The position numbers were made by a program, and so were the translations under genes. The notes under the pieces were generated by a model that ran no database searches, was not told the DNA's origin, and saw nothing but the letters and a program-made list of their open reading frames with translations. A stretch of DNA of 64,000 nucleotides from Escherichia phage IME11: sequence record NC_019423.1. The stretch is one strand, 5' to 3'. Below, one piece after another: positions 59,138 to 64,000 of the stretch. Positions within the stretch are counted from its first letter, which is position 1, and the number at the start of each line of letters is the position of its first letter.

Positions 59138-59448
59138 GGTTTAAGTACCTGAAATGCAAACACAGGACGTTTACTACGCCACTGGTTCATAGCTAATTCA
59201 CTAGTTTCAGAACCATCATGTAAGTCATAGATAAATGAGATTACATAGTCTGGTTCCTCTGGGAAGTTCTCTGTAGAGAATGGTAGACCTGATTCCTTAA
59301 GGATTGGAACTAGTGGTGATTCAGCATTGCAGTACAGAGTAAACTCTTCATTGAATGCTTGGCTTGTCTGAGATACATAATCAATATTACGCATCATCTT
59401 ATCTACATCAGTAAATGTAGAATCATGAATTACTAGAATAGTTTTCAT
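59134..59448 (-). CDS. hypothetical protein (104 aa)
   Basis: ORF with 4-nt overlaps to neighbours. Confidence 0.45.
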   Translation of the reverse strand: MKTILVIHDSTFTDVDKMMRNIDYVSQTSQAFNEEFTLYCNAESPLVPILKESGLPFSTENFPEEPDYVISFIYDLHDGSETSELAMNQWRSKRPVFAFQVLKP

Positions 59449-59699
59449 ACCTTTCTCAATGTCCCATAGATGTTATTATTGACAATACTCAAATCACAGA
59501 AACCAATCTCTTCTTGTCTCCCAGCGGATACCCAGATATTGTTTTCTGTTAGCTTAGGTTTCTTAGAGAATCCTATTAATGAGGTATTAGCACTCTTATA
59601 CTGTCGGGTATATAACGCTATATACTTAACCCAGTGAGGCACTTGAATAGTATGTTTCATATACTCCACAGTCTTGCCTGTAGGATATGTAATAATCAT
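59445..59699 (-). CDS. hypothetical protein (84 aa)
   Basis: ORF with 4-nt overlaps to neighbours. Confidence 0.45.
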   Translation of the reverse strand: MIITYPTGKTVEYMKHTIQVPHWVKYIALYTRQYKSANTSLIGFSKKPKLTENNIWVSAGRQEEIGFCDLSIVNNNIYGTLRKV

Positions 59700-59917
59700 T
59701 TCTGATACCCTTCTATGAAGTTAGTACGACGAATGAGCTGAGTAGATGCCTTAACAGCCGTCTTCTTGAACTCATCTTTGTGTTGGTTTTCCAATATCTT
59801 ATCCCATTCTTTCTGGTTCCGGCGTTTCTGTAGAATACGACTACACTTCTTATGATTAGCAACTCCTTTACGTTTATTACATATAGGGCAAACACCATAA
59901 TCAGTTGAGTACATCAT
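59696..59917 (-). CDS. small basic Cys-containing protein (73 aa)
   Basis: CPICNKRKG...HKKCSR pattern, Lys/Arg-rich; possible zinc ribbon (only three Cys seen). Confidence 0.4.
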   Translation of the reverse strand: MMYSTDYGVCPICNKRKGVANHKKCSRILQKRRNQKEWDKILENQHKDEFKKTAVKASTQLIRRTNFIEGYQK

Positions 59918-60222
59918 TGGCTTAAAGCCTCCATTAATATTTTACGAATAACGTTAACATCAGATTCAGTACCAATTAAGCCAACAGGTTTACCTGTACT
60001 ATCTGTTACAAAGGATGCAATCCTTTCCATCTCTGCTATAATTAACTTGTCACCACTAATAAGACGATTACGAAGGTAAGCTTCATAAGCTACCTCTACA
60101 TCTTCTACCGTGGTTCTTTCATTACGAGAGAATGGATTACTTAATGGAAAGGGTAAATGTACCCTTATATTCCTGTCAGCTACCTTAGCTAAATGAGGAA
60201 GTATACATACTATTTCATTCAA
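59914..60222 (-). CDS. hypothetical protein (102 aa), TTG start
   Basis: ORF begins with TTG preceded by AGGAGAAATAACC; downstream of a terminator. Confidence 0.45.
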   Translation of the reverse strand: MNEIVCILPHLAKVADRNIRVHLPFPLSNPFSRNERTTVEDVEVAYEAYLRNRLISGDKLIIAEMERIASFVTDSTGKPVGLIGTESDVNVIRKILMEALSQ

Positions 60223-60261
60223 GGTTATTTCTCCTATTTAAATACATATCTAACTATTCAA

Positions 60262-60292
60262 GAATAAAAAATAGAAGCCCTCCTAATGGAGG
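60262..60292 (-). terminator. rho-independent terminator
   Basis: CCTCC-ATTA-GGAGG hairpin followed on the minus strand by GCTTCTATTTTTTATTC. Confidence 0.45.
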
Positions 60293-60304
60293 ACTCCTTA
60301 CAGT

Positions 60305-60517
60305 TTAGGAATATAGCTTGAATAGTTTTACTAATAACTCCATTACAAACCAAATCGTATAACCAATAGTTACACCACTGAGTAATGAACTGAAGTAACC
60401 CAATACAACAGCAGCAATATAATTATCACTGTTTTTAAGTGCACATAGTGCTTCTTTACCATTACGCTTCTGCCAACCATTCATGATTAGCAGTGTTACT
60501 AAGATAATAATTTCCAT
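60305..60517 (-). CDS. small membrane protein (70 aa)
   Basis: Two hydrophobic helices. Confidence 0.45.
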   Translation of the reverse strand: MEIIILVTLLIMNGWQKRNGKEALCALKNSDNYIAAVVLGYFSSLLSGVTIGYTIWFVMELLVKLFKLYS

Positions 60518-60702
60518 TAGTTGTTTCCTAAGATTGATGGATGGTTGAAGGTTACGATACGAGCTTTACTTTGTTTAAGTCCTGCATCAATGAACTCTTG
60601 TAATTGTTCATTGGTCATGCTGAGTGCCCGTTTACTTGCTACATTACGATTACGCATACGTGATACGTCTTCTTTGGTTCCCATGATTAATGACTTACGC
60701 AT
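60517..60702 (-). CDS. hypothetical protein (61 aa)
   Basis: ORF. Confidence 0.4.
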   Translation of the reverse strand: MRKSLIMGTKEDVSRMRNRNVASKRALSMTNEQLQEFIDAGLKQSKARIVTFNHPSILGNN

Positions 60703-60858
60703 GATTTAGTTGTCCACATAAAACGTTGAGGGTTACTGTTACGTACAATACGCACAGCAATGAGATGACCTTTCTGTACCAGACCATAATGTCTTATCTG
60801 AGGACCACTGGTCATACGATACATAGCTTCTTCAATAGCAGCCTCTATATCGGTGAAC
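60685..60858 (-). CDS. small ORF (57 aa) filling the 60703-60859 gap
   Basis: Below the ORF-track cut-off; ATG overlaps the upstream TGA (TGATG). Confidence 0.4.
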
Positions 60859-60859
60859 A

Positions 60860-61078
60860 TCACTGGTTCCTCTTAGCATAGTCTTCTGCTTCCTTAGCCC
60901 AGAGTTGCTTACGAACTTCTTTAGCTACGATGGAAGCAAACAGACACTTAACGAATACAACTGGTAGCTTACAGATAAGTACCAGCTTAGTGATTACCCA
61001 CTTGGCTCCATTGAGGATGTAACCACGTAGGCGATACAGCACATAACAGAGTATTACAAACGCAATGAAGTCCAACAT
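60860..61078 (-). CDS. small membrane protein (72 aa)
   Basis: N-terminal hydrophobic helix FIAFVILCYVLY. Confidence 0.45.
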   Translation of the reverse strand: MLDFIAFVILCYVLYRLRGYILNGAKWVITKLVLICKLPVVFVKCLFASIVAKEVRKQLWAKEAEDYAKRNQ

Positions 61079-61082
61079 AGTC

Positions 61083-61268
61083 TTACTCCTTATGGAGTTT
61101 ACGGATTTGTTTACGGGTAGGTTTAGTTACAAAGAAGTGGTCATAGCAACGACCATTTTCATCTTTTACAGATACCTGCCAACGAGCATTCAATGTCATC
61201 TTACTGCCCCAAGGCTGTAATGTAACAATCAACTTCTGTGAGTTATAACGGTTACATACTGTACGCAT
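61083..61268 (-). CDS. small basic protein, paralog of 61922..62128
   Basis: C-terminal FFVTKPTRKQIRKLHKE shares KPT(R/K)KQIRKL with the 68-aa ORF at 61922..62128. Confidence 0.5.
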   Translation of the reverse strand: MRTVCNRYNSQKLIVTLQPWGSKMTLNARWQVSVKDENGRCYDHFFVTKPTRKQIRKLHKE

Positions 61269-61373
61269 AATGGTTACTCCTTCATCTAATATAAATCTAT
61301 ATCTATTGAGTTACTGTTTCAGTACCCTTCGTCTAAAGATACTCAAAAAGTAGAAATAGCTTATCGTCTAGTT

Positions 61374-61402
61374 AAAAATAAAAGACTCCCCGAAGGGAGT
61401 CC
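61374..61402 (-). terminator. rho-independent terminator with CUUCGG-type loop
   Basis: GACTCCC-TTCG-GGGAGTC hairpin followed on the minus strand by TTTTATTTTTAAC. Confidence 0.6.
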
Positions 61403-61411
61403 AGTGGTTGA

Positions 61412-61795
61412 TTAGAAAGTCAGTTTACGAGCATATTTATTCTCGTCTGCTGGGATGTCAGCAGCCTCTGCTTTCACTCGACGAAGTTGAACTTGCAGGT
61501 TAATGATACCTTCTTCACCTGGTTCCAGGTTCTGAGCATATTCAATTAACTGTTCCAGCAAGTCGTTCTGTGCACAACGCATAGCACGGAAGTCAGCATT
61601 GCTGCTATTAGTAGGCAGTGGTTCCTGAGTATCCAGTGGAATACCAGTGGGCAAAGAGATGAACTTCTCTTCTTCAGAGCCTTCATTAGCTACATAACCA
61701 ATGTTTAACCAGAACTGTGCCTTAGGCTTAGCAGCTTTAGATTCAGTAGAAGCAGCAGCGTTAGATTGACCGAAAGTGAATTTTTGAATAGACAT
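61412..61795 (-). CDS. hypothetical early protein (127 aa)
   Basis: ORF track 61412..61888; Met at 61795 preceded by GGAGAG RBS. Confidence 0.5.
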   Translation of the reverse strand: MSIQKFTFGQSNAAASTESKAAKPKAQFWLNIGYVANEGSEEEKFISLPTGIPLDTQEPLPTNSSNADFRAMRCAQNDLLEQLIEYAQNLEPGEEGIINLQVQLRRVKAEAADIPADENKYARKLTF

Positions 61796-61902
61796 TTTGT
61801 ACTCTCCAGATTTATGTGATTTACGGGTGAACTCGTCGGTGAGAACACCCAAACAAAAGGATAAAAGTTCAATGATTAGTGGATGCATTTACATCATCCA
61901 TA

Positions 61903-61917
61903 AGACGCGGAGCGTCT
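61903..61917 (-). promoter_or_regulatory. candidate virion-RNAP (N4-type) early promoter hairpin
   Basis: Template (+) strand AGACGC-GGA-GCGTCT: 6-bp stem, 3-nt GGA loop, upstream of 61412..61795; one of three near-identical hairpins. Confidence 0.45.
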
Positions 61918-61921
61918 AGTT

Positions 61922-62128
61922 TTAGATTGCTTCTTTACGAAACTCTCTACGCAATTTACGGATTTGTTTCTTGGTAGGCTTAGCAGGGAATGAATGACAA
62001 GCAACATAGTGCTGTCTCTCTGTTACGTTAGTAATCTCTGAGAACCAAAGATTCCACTGAGCATCCATCTTACCTAACAATCCACCATTGTTACTCTTGT
62101 TTGCAAACAGGGAAGTTTGAATACGCAT
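61922..62128 (-). CDS. small basic protein, paralog of 61083..61268
   Basis: C-terminal FPAKPTKKQIRKLRREFRKEAI; GGAG RBS. Confidence 0.5.
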   Translation of the reverse strand: MRIQTSLFANKSNNGGLLGKMDAQWNLWFSEITNVTERQHYVACHSFPAKPTKKQIRKLRREFRKEAI

Positions 62129-62161
62129 AGCTTAATCTCCAATAGTTAAATGATAGCCAAT

Positions 62162-62176
62162 AGATGTGGAGCATCT
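62162..62176 (-). promoter_or_regulatory. candidate virion-RNAP (N4-type) early promoter hairpin
   Basis: Template (+) strand AGATGT-GGA-GCATCT: 5-bp stem plus T.G, GGA loop; 34 nt upstream of the ATG of 61922..62128. Confidence 0.45.
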
Positions 62177-62182
62177 TGGTTT

Positions 62183-62383
62183 TTAAGGAATGTAAGAAAA
62201 CCAGGTTAGCAGTTCAGCTTTAGCTTTCTGATACTTACTGTCTACATTTTCATCTGAGATATCTATGTCTGATTCTCCATAATGATGGAGGTCAGACTGA
62301 TATTGTTCTTGCTGACGAACGGCTTCTTCAAAGCGTTCTAAAGCTTCTTGTGGAGATTCAGATTTGCAATCTGTTAGAGACAT
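62183..62383 (-). CDS. small acidic protein (66 aa)
   Basis: ORF; Glu/Asp-rich. Confidence 0.45.
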   Translation of the reverse strand: MSLTDCKSESPQEALERFEEAVRQQEQYQSDLHHYGESDIDISDENVDSKYQKAKAELLTWFSYIP

Positions 62384-62385
62384 AC

Positions 62386-62568
62386 TTATTCCTTAGTTAG
62401 TTCAACTATAAAGTTATCTAGTTTCTGCCTAGCTATTTCACACGATTCTACTATTGATTCATAGTCATCAGGGTCTGCTGAACCAGCCCAACTATCTGCA
62501 ATTGCTGATTCTGCGTAGTTACTAATTAGCTTTTTAAGCTTCTCTGCTTGCTTAGGATTAAGGGACAT
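62386..62568 (-). CDS. hypothetical protein (60 aa)
   Basis: ORF with AGGAGAAG RBS. Confidence 0.45.
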   Translation of the reverse strand: MSLNPKQAEKLKKLISNYAESAIADSWAGSADPDDYESIVESCEIARQKLDNFIVELTKE

Positions 62569-62621
62569 TTTACTTCTCCTAAAGTAGATAGTTATCTACT
62601 TTTGACTATCTATCTAATGTT

Positions 62622-62649
62622 CAAAACAGGAGACTCCGAAGAGTCTCCT
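62622..62649 (-). terminator. rho-independent terminator with CUUCGG-type loop
   Basis: AGGAGACTC-TTCG-GAGTCTCCT hairpin followed on the minus strand by GTTTTGAAC. Confidence 0.5.
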
Positions 62650-62656
62650 AGGTGAC

Positions 62657-62980
62657 TTAGTCTTTAGTCAGGATGTCAATTACTTTAGAATATTCTGCGT
62701 TATAGATACGAGCGTTCTCTGAATCTTTGCAGAAATCTTCGATACTTTTCTTACGCAGAGTCTCGTTCCTAGCTGTTTCCTCTGCCAGTTTATTAACAAA
62801 GGTATGCATTTCTAATTTAGTACGAATGGCTTGTTTCTCTGCCATAGTACTTACATATGAATTAAGCATACCTACTGCTTTAGTTGCTGTACCAAATGTA
62901 TCTGCAACAGTAGTAGCAGCTGAGTTAACAGTACCAAGTAAAGTTCCTGCGGTCATACGTACAGTAGCGGTAGTAGTCAT
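62657..62980 (-). CDS. hypothetical early protein (107 aa)
   Basis: ORF with GGAG RBS; first gene downstream of the 63023-63037 hairpin. Confidence 0.5.
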   Translation of the reverse strand: MTTTATVRMTAGTLLGTVNSAATTVADTFGTATKAVGMLNSYVSTMAEKQAIRTKLEMHTFVNKLAEETARNETLRKKSIEDFCKDSENARIYNAEYSKVIDILTKD

Positions 62981-63022
62981 GATGATAGCTCCAATAGTTG
63001 ATGATAGGACGACATGTCCATA

Positions 63023-63037
63023 ACATGCGGAGCATGT
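63023..63037 (-). promoter_or_regulatory. candidate virion-RNAP (N4-type) early promoter hairpin
   Basis: Template (+) strand ACATGC-GGA-GCATGT: 6-bp stem, GGA loop; about 50 nt upstream of the ATG of 62657..62980. Confidence 0.45.
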
Positions 63038-63062
63038 GTAACGTGTAAGGTGGGGTAGGGTA

Positions 63063-63181
63063 GTGGCTACACCGTCAACATACCGGGGGGGCTAGTTGAG
63101 TGTAAGGGTGTAGCCCCAGCCACACCACTGTAGCCATACATAGCTATCATCATTTTGGTATGCAAAAATACCATAGCTATC
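63063..63181. repeat. cluster of inverted and direct repeats in the 230-bp early intergenic region
   Basis: Inverted repeat GGCTACACC (63065-63073) / GGTGTAGCC (63107-63115); direct repeat CATAGCTATC at 63139-63148 and 63172-63181 flanking a TGGTAT/ATACCA hairpin; partial direct repeat GTGTAAGG(G)TG at 63036 and 63099. Confidence 0.5.
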
Positions 63182-63213
63182 CTACTTATAAGCAGTTAAA
63201 TAGGAGGAAGCTT

Positions 63214-63534
63214 TCAGGTGATTATGCGTGCTATACCAGGGTAATAGTCCGGATGGTTAGGATTACCACTACTATTCCTTACGGTAGCATCTTTGATAAA
63301 TACATGGGCATAATCACCGTATGGTATGAATACTGACTCACCATTTTGCAGGATAACTATCTCTGCATTACTGTTAGTAAGTAGCTTATGTCCCTGTGCA
63401 AAGTCTGCTAACTCTCCTGGCTCCATTATTAGTGTAGAAGTTCCATGGGTCATAATGTGGATGATTGCTTTTTCTGGTACAGAGGAATAATGCAGTAAGT
63501 CCGTACCTTTCATTCCTAATAGTTTAACGTTCAT
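63214..63534 (-). CDS. hypothetical early protein (106 aa), possibly cupin-like beta-barrel
   Basis: ORF; beta-rich sequence with His residues (HIMTHG, YAHVF); fold guess only. Confidence 0.4.
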   Translation of the reverse strand: MNVKLLGMKGTDLLHYSSVPEKAIIHIMTHGTSTLIMEPGELADFAQGHKLLTNSNAEIVILQNGESVFIPYGDYAHVFIKDATVRNSSGNPNHPDYYPGIARIIT

Positions 63535-63838
63535 GCTTCAGTACCTGTTTAAGAAGACTATCCATGTAATAGCAGTATGCCTCGGAGTTATCATCGTTGA
63601 TTGGTAATCCAATGAACCCGAAGGTGTATATACAGAAGTGATTAAGTTCATGAACCAAGGTGATAGGGTCACTATCTTGTGCATAGATAAGTACCGAACC
63701 ATCAGATAGCAGTGTAGTTACACCTTTGCTTTGTTCCTCTGGTTCACAGCCCTTAGCTTTCTTGTACTTCTTAATGAAGGTATCCCAGTCGAATACTACC
63801 TCTAACTGTACCGGATAGGGGGATGTGTTTAGTTTCAT
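63524..63838 (-). CDS. small HExxH-motif protein (104 aa)
   Basis: ORF containing LVHELNHF; ATG overlaps the upstream gene stop (ATGA). Confidence 0.45.
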   Translation of the reverse strand: MKLNTSPYPVQLEVVFDWDTFIKKYKKAKGCEPEEQSKGVTTLLSDGSVLIYAQDSDPITLVHELNHFCIYTFGFIGLPINDDNSEAYCYYMDSLLKQVLKHER

Positions 63839-64000
63839 AGAGATACCTTTGGATAAATGGTGCGTACTCTTTTAAAATCTTTATTAGGTCTACCATCTAT
63901 AGTAAGCCCAACAAACCCTTCTTCTATCCTTGGTTCAAAGAACAAGAATGCAGATTCACCAGCAGGTATCTTTATGGATTCCCCTGGATTAAGGATGGTT
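63835..64000 (-). CDS. hypothetical protein, C-terminal part (gene start lies beyond the window end)
   Basis: Minus-strand frame open from the window edge to a TGA at 63835 that overlaps the next ATG; not in the ORF track. Confidence 0.4.
   Translation of the reverse strand, partial: TILNPGESIKIPAGESAFLFFEPRIEEGFVGLTIDGRPNKDFKRVRTIYPKVSL

Noticed and set aside
1-64000. CRISPR arrays, integrase, attachment sites or transposases
   Set aside because: No spaced direct-repeat arrays, no recombinase or transposase motifs and no lysogeny-type repressor were seen; the gene set is that of a strictly lytic phage.

Overview
This window reads as a 64-kb segment of an N4-like (Schitoviridae-type) lytic podophage genome, annotated by hand from motifs, synteny and the ORF track; no searches or folding programs were run. 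Nt 1-25,802 (+ strand) is the late module: C-terminal part of a tail fiber, a lysis cassette (holin candidate, SAR endolysin of the GH108 muramidase type, embedded Rz/Rz1 spanins), portal, scaffold candidate, major capsid protein, internal virion proteins and a 3456-aa virion RNA polymerase. Nt 25,835-64,000 (- strand) holds the replication, nucleotide-metabolism and early genes: Pol A DNA polymerase, SF1 helicase, primase-like protein, RuvC-like resolvase, SSB candidate, rIIA/rIIB-like pair, ThyX-like and dCTP-deaminase-like enzymes, a MoxR-type ATPase with VWA partner, a split T7-like RNA polymerase, and many small early ORFs. Between the modules lies a 1.85-kb ORF-free region with four tRNA-like elements and a hairpin-dense segment that I cannot assign to any RNA family; this is the top candidate for something undescribed. 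Three hairpins with GGA loops at 61.9-63.0 kb look like virion-RNAP early promoters. Product names carry the confidence given per feature; most small ORFs are hypothetical.
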